A stretch of 64,000 bases of DNA from positions 11,608-75,607 of the forward strand of contig MCFE01000435.1 of assembly GCA_002104905.1 (NCBI GenBank), read 5' to 3'. Source of the stretch: Basidiobolus meristosporus CBS 931.73 (Eukaryota > Fungi > Basidiobolomycota). This document shows positions 38,535-53,113 of the stretch, in pieces. The position numbers were made by a program, and so were the translations under genes. Position 1 is the stretch's first letter, and every line of letters begins with the position of its first letter. The notes beneath the pieces were generated by a model that was not told where the DNA came from, ran no database searches, and saw nothing but the letters and a program-made list of their open reading frames with translations.

Positions 38535-40672
38535 TCAACATCCAGCAGCTCTTCTGATTCCTCTGAAATTGGTAATGCTTGGGATAAGAATGGGCACCTC
38601 GGAGGTACAACTGATGAAGCACTTACCATGCTTTGGTGGGCTGCTGAATAGCTCGTCTTTCCGGTTGAACGTTACCTGCATACGCATGGTACCCGAGCAG
38701 TTTTGATTCTCCTGGTCAGAGAACGAAGAGAGTAGCCCACTCTCCTCCACCAGGCTGAGCTCCCAGTAACATGGCTCGAAGCTAAGGAAGGCATCAGTTA
38801 GCAGCAAGCCAGCTTGAGTGCTCACGAAATACCAATCACAGTTACCTTCGCACCAGGCTGGTGAGTAGCTTGTCCGTCTCGTTGGAGAACCGGGGAAGAT
38901 TGATGGTTGCGTGCAATGGCTGCTCAAACTCATAGGCCTCGGAATCCCCCAGGAACTGGGTGTAGTAAGTGATGGTATCTTGCACCAGCAGTCTTAGACT
39001 TTCGTAGGGGACCGCCAAGACATTGGTTTTCACAAGAGACCAAAGCTCCAGAATACGATGAAGGTAGCGGAGTCTTTGCAGTTGGTCTTCGAGCGGAATG
39101 GTCGGCTCGAGGAAGGGTTCCTATAGCAATGCTCTGTAAGCATCTACACATCTGACTAGCCCAACTCAGTGAACACTTACCAGCGTGTCCCAGGTTGCCA
39201 GGTCATTAGCCTATACAAAGTCGATCAATTATGATTCGAAGTTCGCCCAGATCTCCCAACCCCCACTTACCGATCAAATGATGACAGTAGTCCCGCTTCA
39301 GCTTCGATACGCCAACCTCCACCAAGCACTCCAATGGCTGTTCGAGCCAGTAGTCAAACGACCGGCTGATGGTTTCCTTCTGCTCCTCATAGTCCGCGGT
39401 GACCTGGAGCTTCGACAGCTTCAAACAATCGCGAATCAAGTTGGCCAAACTGGAATGGTTCCCCTTGTGCACCAAAGGCTGAAGCTTCCCGGTCTCCAGC
39501 TCATCGATGGTAGCCGTAAGACAGTCCACAATCTCGTCCGTATTGATGGCATCCTGGCAGTACTTCCACAGCTTCTCGGTGAAGTCCAGATCTTTTCTGA
39601 CCGGGAGAGAGTTGAACATCCCGGCCTCTACCGCGGTGGTTTCCTCGCTTATGGCGATGCCGCCCTCGTTCTTGATGTCATCCAGGAAATCATCGATGTC
39701 CGCCGCTATGCCTTTGCGACGGACTTTGGACTCCCAAGCCACGCCCTGAGTGCAGCAATCATACCAATCCACCAGCTGGTTCAGCTCTCGTAGCAGAGGC
39801 TGGGTGGAGAGATGGTTCTCATAGTCCAGATTGCCATCCACCGATTTGACAAGCAAAGTGACGAGGGCAGAGGTTGGAGGCGGAGACAGCATGCTGACCA
39901 TTCCCTCCCATGCGGCTTCCATGACGACGGAGCTGATCTGGCCGGGGGCTTCCTTCGACATTGATTCCCCGAGGATCTCGTATCTGGCGTAAGCCCTGCC
40001 TTCGCTTGGCTCGTGGCTTGGGCTGCCGACCAGGTCTTGGAAATCCTCGACAGTCTCTTCAAGGGTGGGGATGGGCGACTTGGCGTCCTCCTTGGACCTC
40101 GCCACGGTCTCCTCATCTTTGAGCTGGTACTGAAGAAAGTTGACTTGGCTCCCGTTGACAACAGCCTCGATTCCGGAGTACATTTTCTCTTGCGAGTCGA
40201 CGGTTTGATAGGAATAGGCAAACACTGCGGGCAGAGGGCTTTCGCTCGATTGGTCATGGGCCAGCGCATACTTCGATAGATAGTACCTGGCCGCATCTCT
40301 CGATATAGGCACCATGTTCCGCTGGGGCCAGTCACAACGCTGTGCGTATCTGCCGGAAGACAAGTAATTCTCCGTCCCGCCCAAAAAGGCCTTTTTCCCG
40401 GTAGGCAAAGGACCCACGGAGATTCGGCTGATGTTCTCTACGGCCACCGGGGTTGGCTGCTCGCCCTCGGTTGCCGCGGTGAAGAGAAAAAATGGACGAG
40501 GGCCAAACTGAGCCTTCAGGGGATGATAAACATGGCCCGGGACATACCAAACCCAAATGTCCTCCAACACGGTGGGCACTAAGCTGTCGAGGGGCCCGTT
40601 GTCCTCCGACAGCCTCCCCAGCACTTCGCAAAGGTCCAAAGTCTCCTTTCTGGTGGTGTCGATATCTGGCAT
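38535..40672 (-). CDS. ZWILCH: Zwilch-like kinetochore (RZZ complex) protein, multi-exon; 3' end approximate
   Basis: DLDFTEKLW, LQPLVHKGNHSSLANLI and LVEVGVSKLKRDY resemble conserved Zwilch blocks. Large first exon (ORF 39206..40672) followed by short exons. Confidence 0.7.
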
Positions 40673-40918
40673 GGTGAATGATAATACGGAGTTCTACAAC
40701 GAACAGTGCTTGGGTAGGTGTTTTGATGGGAAATGTTTTTGTTGATAACAATTGGCTTGTTTTGATGTTGCGTCAATTTCCAGGTGGATTTTTTTCTATG
40801 CATGATTGTCTAGCTACTCAATCGTAAATAAACACCATTCCAATCAGCCATCATCCCGCAGTCAGCCTATTTATGACTACCATTCCTGTCCCCTGACCAC
40901 CCAAAGCTCCACTCCAGT
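40673..40918. promoter_or_regulatory. Putative bidirectional promoter (Zwilch / FEN1)
   Basis: Only 246 bp between two divergent ATGs. Confidence 0.5.
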
Positions 40919-42487
40919 ATGGGTATCCACGGCTTAACCAAGGTCATAGCAGATCACGCTCCAAATGCCATCAAGAGCTTCGAAATCAAACACCTCTTCG
41001 GCCGCAAAGTAGCCATCGACGCCTCCATGTCCATTTACCAGTTTTTGATCGCGGTTCGACAAGACGGCCAGCAACTCCAAAACGAAGTTGGCGAAACCAC
41101 CAGGTTGCTAACTAGCCTTCGAACTTGCGTTTTTCTTCTCCTATTCACCCGGTTTATTTCCAGTCACTTGTTGGGCCTATTCTACAGAACCCTGCGCATG
41201 GTGGAGCACGGTATCAAGCCAGCCTATGTATTCGATGGAAAGCCACCCACTTTGAAATCGGGCGAGGTACGTTCAAAGCCCCTCTGCCACTGTATGGTTC
41301 TCCTAACTTAGCCACCTCCCGTACGTAGCTGGCCAAACGTTTGGAGAGAAGAAACGCAGCGAACAAGAACCTTGCCGAGGCACAAGAGGCTGGAGACGCT
41401 GCTGGGATCGATAAGTTCAGCAGACGTACCGTCAAGGTCACTAGAGAGCACAACGAGGAGTGCAAGAGACTGCTTCGGCTGATGGGAATCCCGTACATCG
41501 AAGCCCCATGTGAAGCTGAGGCGCAGTGTGCAGCGCTCTGCAAAGCTGGAAAAGTAAGGAAACCAACATTCTCGTGTAAGGGCCCACACATGGCTAACAT
41601 GCCAACCGAAAGGTTTACGCCGCCGCATCTGAGGATATGGACACACTGACGTTCCAATCGCCGGTGCTGATGAGACATCTGACATTCAGCGAGGCTCGAA
41701 AAATGCCCATCGATGAGATCCATCTGGACAAGGTTCTGGAAGGATTGGAGCTCACCTATGACCAGGTACTCTGCTCAGGACGCTCTCTTCATGCGGTCAG
41801 ACCGGCTTACCTTTTCTAGTTTATCGATCTCTGTATATTGCTGGGCTGCGATTATTGTGATTCCATCAAGGGGATAGGCCCGCATCGTGCTGTGAACCTC
41901 ATCAAGCAGCACAAATCCATCGAAAACATCCTTAAAAATCTCGATTCTACGAAATATCCCACCCCTGAGGACTGGCCTTATGAGGCGGCCCGGGAGTTGT
42001 TCCGCAAGGCTGAAGTAGCCGATCCAAATGAGATCGAGGTAAGCTGTCTTTGAGATAAGCGTCGGGTCGTGCTAGCTCACGAGCCTCTCCTCCCCCCTCC
42101 CCGAAACAGCTCAAATGGGAGAAGCCAGACAGTGAGGGACTAGTGGAGTTTTTGGTGAAAGAGAAGGGATTCAGGTAACTTCCTACTCAAGCTTGTCATG
42201 GCCCGCTAAGCTAACCGTCGTCCAAGCGAGGACCGAGTCAAGAAAGGCATTGAGAAGTTGGAGAAGAACCTGAAGTCCGGCACACAGGGACGGCTAGATG
42301 GATTTTTCAAAGTTCTCCCATCCGCATCACCGAAACGCAAGGTAATTTTAGTCCGACCCCACTCCTGCTCCTCCTCCCCCCCCCCTCTGCCGCTGCTAAA
42401 CATTCTTTATTCTCAAAGCCGGCCGATGAGAAGCCAGCCAAGAAGGCAACCAAGAAGGCCAAGACTGGCGGCAAGCCTCGCCGTTAG
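40919..42487 (+). CDS. FEN1: Flap endonuclease 1, multi-exon
   Basis: [12 protein letters not shown]...[33 protein letters not shown]...GIGP and PIP box QGRLDGFF, with a basic C-terminal tail. Confidence 0.97.
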
Positions 42488-42691
42488 CATTCTATAATTT
42501 TGTAGTCATTCTGTATTTCTTATAGATCTTTCCCATTATATTTAGAATAAAGAATAGTCCATCTGATTTATTTATTGGGTTCTACGAGATTAGTTTAATC
42601 ATGAACTTAACTCCACTGATACATTTAAGTGGGGGGGGGGGATTTTCACTCCACCCAAGGCTACTGAAGCTCAGTACTAACTCTCGGCAAG

Positions 42692-44090
42692 ATGTCAAGA
42701 CCACACACTCCTCTGATCGAACCTGATGAATACTTCCGTACTCATGCGGCCCCCGAGGAGCTCGCTGTCAACGAGAAGGCCATGGAACTATTCGTGGCCA
42801 AGCATCGAGCTGCCGGTCGAAGGATCGCCGTGGTCACGGTAAATTGGCGGCTTCGTTGCCCCCGGTTTCTTCCCCAACCTCCGGCCATTTCTTCTTCTAA
42901 AGCCCACCTTGATTCTTTCGATGCTAGAGCGGTGGAACTACCGTGCCTTTGGAGAACCAGACCGTTCGCTTCATCGACAACTTCAGCGCCGGTACCCGTG
43001 GCGCCACCTCTGCTGAATATCCTTTTTACCGTTTTCTGTAGCGCAAACTCCTGGAGAGGCTGCTCTGTCCTTGACCCTCGAAGATACGTATTTTTTAGAG
43101 TTGGGTTACGCCGTGATCTTCCTCCATCGCCAGTTCAGCCTGCAGCCCTATAGCAGACACTACACTCACTCCAAGAACTGCTTCCTGGACTACATGGGCT
43201 TGGGGCCTGATGGGCAGTTGACTGGTAGGGTTTATTTTTGCAAGGCTTTGCTCACGTGAACCGTTTATTCATGCCTCCCCTTACCAGTGGACTCGCAGTA
43301 TAGCCAGAAGATGAAGGAGGTGCTGACCAAGTATCACAAGGTAAAGGAAACCCCGGGTGGTTGGTTCGGCATTATTGATACCAAGTCTACGTGGAAAATT
43401 CCAGGCGAAGCAAGAAGAGACCCTTCTGATGATCAGCTTTGTAACGGTGACGGATTATCTGTTCCACCTTCGAAGCGCGGCTTTCATCGTGGGCTCCATG
43501 GGAGAGAAGGCCCTTTTCTACCTCGCGGCAGCAGTCAGCGATTTCTTCATCCCCGCCGAGAAAATGGTCAGTAAAAATGCGCCTTACCACCGGACGTCTC
43601 CTCAACAACAAACCATATTCTAGGTGGAGCACAAGATCCAATCAGACGGTGGTGGCCTGACGCTTACGATGGAGCAGGTCCCCAAGGTTCTCAAGCCATT
43701 GGTCACTAAATGGGCGTCCCAGAGCTTCATCATCTCATTCAAGGTAAGGTCCCACTCGCTGAGCAGACATCCACCATCACTGACCCATTCATCTTCTCTC
43801 AACAGCTCGAGACCGATCCAGAGATCCTGACTACGAAGGCTCGACGTGCGCTCAATCGCTATGGCCACAAGGTCGTGATTGGCAACCTCTTGACCACGCG
43901 CAAGCAGATCGTCTGGTTCATCACCAATGACACCGAGGAGACCGTCACCTTGACCAACGAGCAGCTAGCGCAAGGAGTAGAGATAGAGAGCAAGATCGTG
44001 CCTAATCTGATCGAGAGACACACCGCATTCATCGAATCCAGTGGCAGATTGCTCTCGGTCTCGCCGAAGCAGACCAATCTTGGTGTATGA
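42692..44090 (+). CDS. CAB2: Phosphopantothenate--cysteine ligase, multi-exon
   Basis: Spliced [56 protein letters not shown] and [10 protein letters not shown]. Confidence 0.93.
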
Positions 44091-44432
44091 AGAGAAATGC
44101 GCTGTATATTGTGGCCAAATAAATGCATTCAGGCAGCATGCCGATTTGGGCAGATGTGTGGGGTAGACGTGCGAGAGCGGTGATTCAGGGCAATCAAGGT
44201 TATTTTTAGCGGGCGGTTGCTGGATATTAAAAGGAGGGGAATCGAGCGAAGCGGTGGATAATGAATTCCAAATCAGCCATAAAAATAGCGTTCTCAGTGC
44301 AGTTTGGATGGCCGACAGGTTAAAAATACGGTCGCTGGTTAATGAATCCGTGACTATTTAAGGGTCGACGAGGGCGAAGTCGAGGGATTTTCAAAGACTC
44401 CCACCTCCTGCTCTGCGGCGGTCTACAATCGG

Positions 44433-45313
44433 ATGCATCAGCTCCCTTCTCTATGGTCCTGCCAGGACTATGATCGGGGTTTCTGTGACGATACCCACCA
44501 AGCCTCCTTTATCACCTCGAACCCCCCGCGCTTCAACACTCCCACATCGGTCTCCGCCTTACTCTCCCTTCAACTGTTGAAGCATCGGAACCGCTCTTCC
44601 GGGGCCAAGCCTCTCCCCATCTCCTTCACCAGAACACCAAGCCAACACTCTGAGGATCTGTTCACGTACCCTTCCGCCCCGTCGCCTACAATCAAGCGAT
44701 CACATAGCATCAGCTACTGCCCTACCACCCCAGTAACCACCAAGCGAAGGGTAATTATCCATGGATCCTCGAAATTTGGCAATTGCCACGTTACTGACAT
44801 TTGCACTAGCCAACCGAGAGGCATTCGGACTTTCCGATGCCACTGTTGTCCCCCTGGGCTACTCCACCGATCTTCGATCGGCCTGGAATCGAGCTTTTTT
44901 CCCCGCTGGGGAGAAAGATGCGCAACCTTAGTGCGCCTTTGGCCAGCCTACACCTGCCAAAGCTAAACTATCATCCCGGCACCCCAAGTCAGAATCGAAC
45001 CCCAACCAAGAAGGTCTACGTCCAGAAGGCGTGCGTGAACTGCAAGTATTCGCATGTGGCCTGCGACACCAGTCGGCCGTGTCAGCGCTGTGTACAGTCC
45101 GGAAAGGGAGATTCGTGCATTGATGCCCAACGAAAGAAGCGCGGAAGGCCAAGCTTGAAGCTGGACGCCAAGCGATATCTCCCTCCCCAGCTGAGCCGTC
45201 ATGTCTCGCTTCTGGGTCGCCCGGGGTTTGATGCGGTGGAGGCAAGGGCAAGGGTGAACCTTCCTAGAAGTCGTACCTCAATCCAGTCCCTGCTTGCCGC
45301 GGCGGAATATTGA
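44433..45313 (+). CDS. Zn(II)2Cys6 transcription factor (ERT1/RDS2/AcuK-like cluster)
   Basis: KACVNCKYSHVACDTSRPCQRCVQSGKGDSCIDAQRKKRGRP. Probable intron at about 44750-44810. Confidence 0.85.
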
Positions 45314-46391
45314 AGGTATCTGAGTTGAGTGGAACACTAGCGGTGGCCCCGTTGGATATCTCTACGGGCCAACCGGAAGATTCCACGCTGACGGTGTCCA
45401 CGTCCTTGTATATATGAATCGGTGGACCTGCTTAATATCTGATACCTTTCCCCGTTAATTCCATTGATATCCAAGTCGCCCTTTCTAATCGGTCTGTAGG
45501 CGAGTATTTTGGTAGACAATTCGCAATAAATAAAGTGTAACTGATATGTGTTTATTTTCGAGGATTTACGAGCGGGTGTACCAGAAATAAACCATCACGA
45601 CGACCACCAGACCTATCAGCAGTGTTGGAGGAACTGTGAAAAGGAGGCAACGTGTTGATTAGACTATCCCTCGGGTTGCTGCTCGCTTATTGATCTATTT
45701 GAAGATTTCAGCAACAAAGAGCGAAGATGCTCGAGAGAAAAGATTTACCTCCGGCTGGCTGCTCTCTTGGGCAAGTGCATCTCTGTTCGACGGGAACGTT
45801 CTTCATAACTTCAAGCAAGGTTAGTTGGGGTAAAGTAGCTGTTTAGCAGGAAATTACCAGAGTCAATATGCCTGCCACAGCCTTTCCAGGTGGTTTTTCC
45901 GCAAGTATTGCAAGTAGCTGGGAAACACATCTTTAGGAAGAGATAGAAATTGCGCTAGTGATGCGACTCTCTCAACCGGAACTGCATTTATAGTAAAAGA
46001 ATCCAGCTCATCCGAAATCACCGATCCATATTAGGTTATCTCGAGAGTAAATTAACCCGATGTATCCACTGTTTTAGAAAGCGTTATATGACGCAATAGG
46101 GAAAAGGTTGATTTCAAATCCACGTAGAATGGTACAAAAACGAGTTGGGGAACTGTTGAGGATCTGCTGAGCATCCCTAATATGGTTCTGGTTTATGCTA
46201 AGGTATGGATTATAGATGACAGATGTTGTATAGGAACAGATTGTAGATATAGATTAGTTAGGTATAGTTTGCTTGGCAATACATATCGAGTTCCCACGCA
46301 GGGTTAAGGCTTAAGCGCTAAGAGGGGTTCAAACAAGAATGGGCTCCGCGTCTCAAAGGGTGGACTGAACAATAATGTATCTTGGATTACC

Positions 46392-48931
46392 TCAATGGTT
46401 CTTCGGCCCCCACCCCCATTCAGAGAATACGGACGACCTTACGATGGATGATCGTGCCTTGTTCTTCAAGAAATGCCCAACCGACCCAACCCCATCAAAC
46501 ACCCCACCCACCACGCTGGAAACGCTCGACACGGAAGCGGGTCGGGTGACGGTTGGCTTTTCCTCAAGATCCTTCTCGTATTTACTGCACTCTCGAGGCG
46601 ATTCCCCGAGTTGGCTATATTCTTTTTCTTCGAAATAGCCTCGTGCCAGTTTCAGTTGGGCCAGGACCTAGAAAATCATGAGTGGCCAATCACCAGTGCG
46701 CCTTGGGCGAACCTACCTTTTCATGGAGCTCGATTTCTCTGTCCAATAGATGGATGGTGCTCTCCTTGAAGTCGGTCACCTTCTGCTCGTGGACAGTCTC
46801 AATCTCAGCAAGCACAACATTGAAGACGGTTTCGCAGCGGGATTTGATGGTTTCGGCATCAATCACCTAGAGTAATGAACATCAGCGGAGGTCGATCGAA
46901 ATCCCGGGGTAATTCCACTTACATCGCCCTCAACCTCCTCAGCATCAATATGCTTATCCACGGCCCCAGAATGGATATCCAGTAGTGGCTGATTGGAATG
47001 TCAGTCTCTATTGGTTGAGCTAAAGAATGCGCTGGTGTAACTTACGGAGCACAAATTGTTCATTCCATTGTAGTCTCGGAGATTCTCCTCCCATTCGATT
47101 AGGGTATCCTTGACCTGGTGAAATCTCCCATGAATCTTCTGGGAACTGTGCAATCAAGGTGGCATGCTTACATATGCTTCATGGAAGTCGGCAATGGTTT
47201 GCATGGTCTCTGTGGTTTGCTGTATTGCCTTTGTCAATTTGAGGCATTCTTGTTGACCGGTTTTAGGGTTAAAGGCGAATTCTCTGCTTGATTCCATCTT
47301 GGGTGGTGGTTACCTTTGCAGTCTTCTCTCCAACACCAAGCTCCTTCCTCATTAACGCAGTCCAGGGACCCAGTTTTTGCTCCGGTAATGATACGCAGAA
47401 GACCCAGGCTTACGGATCGGTATTTGTTCTTGAACTCTGAGGTAGAACGTGGTCAGGTAAAGGAGGAGAGATGTATCGAATGATTCCCTTTTCAATCACC
47501 TGTATGGGCCTCTGTGTAAGAGCGGAAGCTCTCCTGCAGCATTGGGACGTATCGGTCCATGGATTTAATGTGCTGCTGGAAACGCTCTACGTTTTCAGCA
47601 TCTCTACATGAGAAGTCGAGGGATTAGATACAGGACGCCCAACAAAGATCCAACTTCGGTTACCCATCCTCCTCCACATTGAACTCCGGGTGATATACAT
47701 GCTGATAGAAAGCTGCACCAACTATGGGATCGGCAGAAAACTTTTCGTCCATATATTTCCATTCCTACGATTGGTGTGTACTTAGTACCGGTGTTAAGCC
47801 GGGTTCAGAGGGGCTAAGGTACCAACCTGATCGTCATTACAGCTGAGGAAATGGGTCAAGATTTCTGCGTAACGGATTACCGGATGGCGGGCTAGTCTAT
47901 TCATATAGCGCTCGAGTGCGTGTCGACGACGTTCAATAAATTCGTTGCTGAAGCGGCCTTAAACCAAAGGGGTCAACCACAATCAACAATGCTACATGCA
48001 CTTGGAACGTACCGGCTATTTGCTTTCCTGGGAGCGCTGGCAGAATCAATGCACCAAATTTCTGCTCCAGCTTATTATGCAACCAAACAAACTGGCTGTA
48101 CCGGCGTTCGGCTGTGACTGTAATGTTGTTGGGGAACTAACACATCAATTAGCTGAGTCGTGAGAGTCTACCACGCCAGGTATATATACATACTATTGAG
48201 GTCACTTGGTATGTCACATACTCTTGTGTTCCTATGCCGCGAATTTTTGTGGGTGAATGAACCTCGATGATGAACTCGCCAGTTTTTTCTTGCCAGCTAG
48301 GTCCACTCTAAGAGACAGGCGTGGGTAAGCAGACACATAATCACAACGGGGAAGGGCTATATGTACTTGGATGAAATGCTTGTCCGACTCCGGCACAGTG
48401 TCCTTGGCATCTGGCTGTTCTTTGGAGCCTTTAAGGATAAACTCCTCAGTTCCAGAAGTTACGAAATAGGCAAAGCGGTTGAATTGCTTCTTCCCAAAGG
48501 CGGTGCTACTCCCGTTCCCCTGGTGGGAAACTGGACTTTCTTCGGAAGCATTGCTGACTTGGTCGTCGTTGGAGGAGTCCAGATACTTTGAATGGAAAAA
48601 GAGCAAAACTTTGAATACACTGGCTCAGAGGGTGTGTGCGAATTCCACCTAGACAATTGTGCTATTCAACTACCTCAATGTACGAAGTTGGTATCAGGCC
48701 TTTCGTTCCATCTTTCTCAGCCAGGCACCAACCATCTGCGACATAATCTCTGACGATGGCCAACTCATCTCCTTCAGAGAAACTAAGCTCGTTGTAAGAG
48801 GGGTTTCCCTCGAAATCGTAAAGACCTTTTGCTGGACGATATTTTGCGGAAGGGAATGGGGTGCTGGGGGTGCTCGAATCACTTACGCTTTTCTCCTCAA
48901 CCGAGGGTTCCCTATTATTGTCTTCTAACAT
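46392..48931 (-). CDS. SH3-PX-BAR sorting nexin (SNX9/18/33-like), multi-exon
   Basis: N-terminal SH3 (AKGLYDFEG...ELSF...GW...GLIPTSYIE), then NRFAYFVTSGTEEFILKG, then downstream helical exons ending ...GWGPKNH*. Confidence 0.75.
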
Positions 48932-49226
48932 GAAAGCTGGTTCACTGAAAGCAGAAAGCCGAGCCCTAAGAAAACCACCCATTCGTCGGAAATAACATGA
49001 GCATTAATAGTCACGGAATCTATTCTGCGCTCCAATTTAGACCACTTATATGCGCATGTCTCAATGATTGGCTAAATTTAGGCAACAGCCCCATTATCAA
49101 CATAGCCTCTATCCACTTTGGGAATATTGGCATTGCTGCAGGATTTCTGCGCAAAGAACAGGTGGTTTTGACGGTTTATTAACATAGTTTCGATTGATAG
49201 AAATATAATTTACAGTACTCGAGGAG

Positions 49227-51734
49227 TTAGAAGATAAATTGGTTGTGGGCCATTGGCAATTCGGTGGCAGGAACACATGTCATGTGGACATCATCGGCAT
49301 ACACTTCGTATGTCTCCGGATCAACTCTCATCTTTGGAAGCGCATCGTTAAGCTTCATGTCGGTCTTCTTGACGCTGCGGCAATTCTTGACGGCCTCGAT
49401 GGTCTTGTTTAGGTTGTATCCCTTAACGACTCCCGAATCAACCGAGTCTTTACTGACGAGGGCTAGTGCACGTATACCCAAGCCGAACGAACCGAACATT
49501 TCACGGCCAATGATGGGCTCTGTGGTGGGGATCGATGCGTTGGCATCACCCATATTGGCCCAGGCAACAACTCCTCCTTTGATGACGATCTCAGGCTTCG
49601 TGCCAAAGAAAGCGGGGCTGTACATGACCAAATCGGCGTATTTTCCGGCCTCGATGGAGCCCAAAAGATGGCCACATCCGTGTGCAAGTGCCGGGTTAAT
49701 GGTGTATTTGGCAACATATCGCCTGGCGCGGAAGTTGTCGTTCTCTTGCTTTCCTTTCTCGTTGGGGGCCGGCAAGTGGCCTCTCTGGACTTTCATCTTG
49801 TGGGCGGTTTTCCAAGTTCTGGAGATGACTTCGCCAATACGTCCCATAGCCTGGGAATCGGAGGATATGATGGAAATGGCCCCGATGTCGGTAAGAACAT
49901 CTTCGGCGGCAATGGTTTCCGCACGAATTCTGGATTCGGCAAAGGCAACGTCTTCAGGGATGCGCTTGTCCAGATGATGGCAGACCATCAACATGTCGAC
50001 GTGCTCGTCTAATGTGTTGTTGGTGTACGGGCGGGTTGGACTAGTGGAGGAGGGGAGAACAGACGGCTCTCCGCAAACACGGATGATATCTGGGGCATGG
50101 CCACCACCGGCACCTTCCGAGTGATACGTGTGGATGGTTCTCCCATTAAACGCCTTGATGGAAGCTTCGACATAGCCGGACTCGTTCAGCGTGTCGGTGT
50201 GGATGGCTGCTTGGACATCGAACTCATCACACACGGTCAGACAGGCGTCAATGGCAGCAGGGGTAGATCCCCAATCCTCATGCAGCTTCAGCCCCAAAGC
50301 TCCCGCCCTTACTTGCTCTCTGATGGCATCTGTGTTGGAGCAATTACCCTTGCCCGTGAAGCCAATGTTGATGGGGAAGCTGTCGGTGGCTTGAAGCATG
50401 AACTTGATGTTGTATGCGCCTGGGGTACAGGTGGTAGCATTGGTGCCAGTGTTTGGTCCGGTGCCGCCACCGATCATGGTGGTGATTCCGGTGCCTAAGG
50501 CTTCGGCGCACAACTGTGGGCAAATGAAGTGGACGTGAGTATCGATTCCACCAGCAGTGAAGATGTGACCTTCCCCGGCAAGGGCTTCGGTCGAGGCGCC
50601 AACAATCATCCCTGGGGTCACACCGTCCATCACATCAGGATTGCCGGCTTTGCCAATACCGACGATCCTATCACCCTTGATACCAATATCAGCCTTGATG
50701 ATGCCAGTGTAATCCACGATAATCGCGTTCGTGATCACCAGGTCGAGGCAGTCATCATCCGAGACGCCAGTATTCTGGCCCATGCCCTCACGCAGAACCT
50801 TGCCTCCGCCAAATTTACATTCATCGCCGTAAACGGTGTAATCCTTTTCGATTTCTATAAAGAGGTCCGTGTCACCAAGTCGGATCTTGTCACCCACTGT
50901 AGGGCCGTACATGTCTACATACGTGGACCGCTCCAGGGCGAAGGGCTTCGGTGCAGGAAGTGGGGGCTGATCACGATGCTGGAAGCCTAGTTTTTTGCAT
51001 TTCTCCACGATTTGTGCAGCCTTCGAGCGATCAACCTTTCCTGTGGCGATGTTGTTTCCTCCGGTGATGACCTGTTCGCCACCAATATCGACCATTGTCA
51101 CGGTCTTGGATTCGCCAGGCTCGAAGCGAACAGCCGTTCCGGCGGCAATATCCAACCGGCGGCCGTAAGCAACTCCACGGTCAAAGCACAGGTGGTCGTT
51201 GGTCTCAACAAAGTGGTAGTGGGAGCCGACCTGAATGGGTCGGTCTCCGTTGTTCGTTACCACCAAGGCCACACGCTCTCTGTCGGGCACAAGCGTGATC
51301 TTCTCCGTTCTGATCACGGTGCTGCCCGGAAGGCTGTGCTTGTCTATCTCGGTTGCAGGCGGGAAGATGTCCAACGACGGTATGGGCAAGTAGGAGCCAT
51401 ACAGCGCCAGCTCGAGATTGCCATCATCTGTACAAATGGGGTCGTGGACGGTAACCAAAAACGTGCTCTCCGCAAAGGTACCTTCGACCTGAACTTCGTG
51501 GAGGGTAGCCAGCACGGCAGGTCGAACCTGTCGTCGCCCAAGGAGCTGCCGGCCGATATCCATCACCTCCGAGACAGAGTGCTTACCATCTCTCATCAGC
51601 TCGAGGGCTTGGGACGCGATAAGTGCACAGGCTTCGCTGTGGTTGAGTTGAACGCCCCTAGCTAGACGCATCTGAGCCAAGTAGCCAACTTGGTGAAGCA
51701 TCAGCTTATCCATTTCTCTGGGAATTAACTTCAT
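49227..51734 (-). CDS. URE1: Urease (fused eukaryotic gamma-beta-alpha type)
   Basis: 835 aa. MKLIPRE..., [51 protein letters not shown] and SSDSQAMGR. Intronless. Confidence 0.98.
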   Translation of the reverse strand: MKLIPREMDKLMLHQVGYLAQMRLARGVQLNHSEACALIASQALELMRDGKHSVSEVMDIGRQLLGRRQVRPAVLATLHEVQVEGTFAESTFLVTVHDPICTDDGNLELALYGSYLPIPSLDIFPPATEIDKHSLPGSTVIRTEKITLVPDRERVALVVTNNGDRPIQVGSHYHFVETNDHLCFDRGVAYGRRLDIAAGTAVRFEPGESKTVTMVDIGGEQVITGGNNIATGKVDRSKAAQIVEKCKKLGFQHRDQPPLPAPKPFALERSTYVDMYGPTVGDKIRLGDTDLFIEIEKDYTVYGDECKFGGGKVLREGMGQNTGVSDDDCLDLVITNAIIVDYTGIIKADIGIKGDRIVGIGKAGNPDVMDGVTPGMIVGASTEALAGEGHIFTAGGIDTHVHFICPQLCAEALGTGITTMIGGGTGPNTGTNATTCTPGAYNIKFMLQATDSFPINIGFTGKGNCSNTDAIREQVRAGALGLKLHEDWGSTPAAIDACLTVCDEFDVQAAIHTDTLNESGYVEASIKAFNGRTIHTYHSEGAGGGHAPDIIRVCGEPSVLPSSTSPTRPYTNNTLDEHVDMLMVCHHLDKRIPEDVAFAESRIRAETIAAEDVLTDIGAISIISSDSQAMGRIGEVISRTWKTAHKMKVQRGHLPAPNEKGKQENDNFRARRYVAKYTINPALAHGCGHLLGSIEAGKYADLVMYSPAFFGTKPEIVIKGGVVAWANMGDANASIPTTEPIIGREMFGSFGLGIRALALVSKDSVDSGVVKGYNLNKTIEAVKNCRSVKKTDMKLNDALPKMRVDPETYEVYADDVHMTCVPATELPMAHNQFIF

Positions 51735-52135
51735 GTTGCAAACAGTGGTTGGTGGAAAGAGACGATCTGGACAGTTACTAGGCCTGAGCTATGCCAGCCC
51801 CAAATTTATAGAGAAACGTAATATTCACAATGCACCGGTGTCGATCGAGACTCGGGTGACGATAGGCAAATTCCGCCTCTTACCGCCTCTTGTGGTGTGA
51901 AATAGAGTCATGCTCCCATATTGTCTGGTTCATACACGTAATTGAGCTGCTCGCTGTGATACGCTGTCAAGGCGGCGGCTCTTGGATCTGCATATTATCT
52001 ACCAATGATGAGATCCTCAATAGGGATTGGACAGTCCTGATCTCTAAACCTGTTTGGCTGTTCTTCATCCCAGATTTACCAGCTTTGATGCTCAAATTCT
52101 GAAGGTAGCCAATCTGTAGGCTTCAAGTAGAACAT

Positions 52136-52215
52136 CCAGGGTGTTGAGTGTGGCCTGGTCTTAATGATGCTAACTCCGGGGTGTTGAGTGTGGCCTGGTC
52201 TTAATGATGCTAACA
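52136..52215. repeat. Tandem duplication, 2 x 40 bp
   Basis: GGGTGTTGAGTGTGGCCTGGTCTTAATGATGCTAAC repeated with a 40-bp period. Confidence 0.9.
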
Positions 52216-53113
52216 CGTCAGACCAATGCTAATTAACGTAGTTTCAAATACTAAAGATTGCTTTGTCTCAACTCTTTCTAGAAATCGTGGTTATTCACTT
52301 GACTAGTGGTTTCCATCCAAGTGGTTGCCAGCTACTCAAATCATTTCATGTTGTAAGACACTAGGGCCGGGAATAGTCTGAGATGGCGCATTTATAGGCT
52401 GAGATAGTGCATTAGTACGTTAAAGGAAAAATACTCATGTTGTTGCACACTTGCGCGATGTGTGAAGTTTTGATGATAATCTTCCACGCTCCAGTATTTG
52501 TGATTCACATTAATACGTACAACACTGAGGAGGTATCCTTGTAAATCTACTTAATGCTGGTTAAAACAGGAATTTAACTCAAAATGCACTATTTCCATGT
52601 ATTCTTACGAATTAATGCTTACTGTATTGTAGAGAATGAGCAAGTGCCCACAAACATATAAGTACTGTACTACCATATGAAGATGTGAAAATCCCCTTTT
52701 GTATAATTCGAACGCAGTTCCTGGAGCCCTAGTTACGGACACTAGATTCAGCCTAACATTTACCTCAGCCATATATTATCACTAGCTCAGCATCTAATAG
52801 CACATATATTTAGATATATTCCTTGTTCTGTTAGACATTGAGGTTTCTAAATTCGCCAACTCTTTGCCATTGTAGTATTGGGCCACCAAAAACGCTCAGG
52901 CACAGCCAATGGGACTCACGTAATGCATATTCATTAAGCCTTTTCCAAATCAGTACAAATATCACACATAATGGATGGATATATGGACGCTAATGTAAAT
53001 TTGTGTTTACACATAAGTATTCCAGTCGCTTATGAGCTTTACTCTTTGTCAGCATCGACTTGACCTTAGCTTTACCTACACATTTTAAGGACTGTCCATG
53101 CAAATGTATTGAT

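Noticed and set aside
39185-51665. Opposite-strand ORFs over Zwilch (202 aa) and urease (244, 217 and 153 aa)
   Set aside because: Shadow frames of strongly conserved genes.
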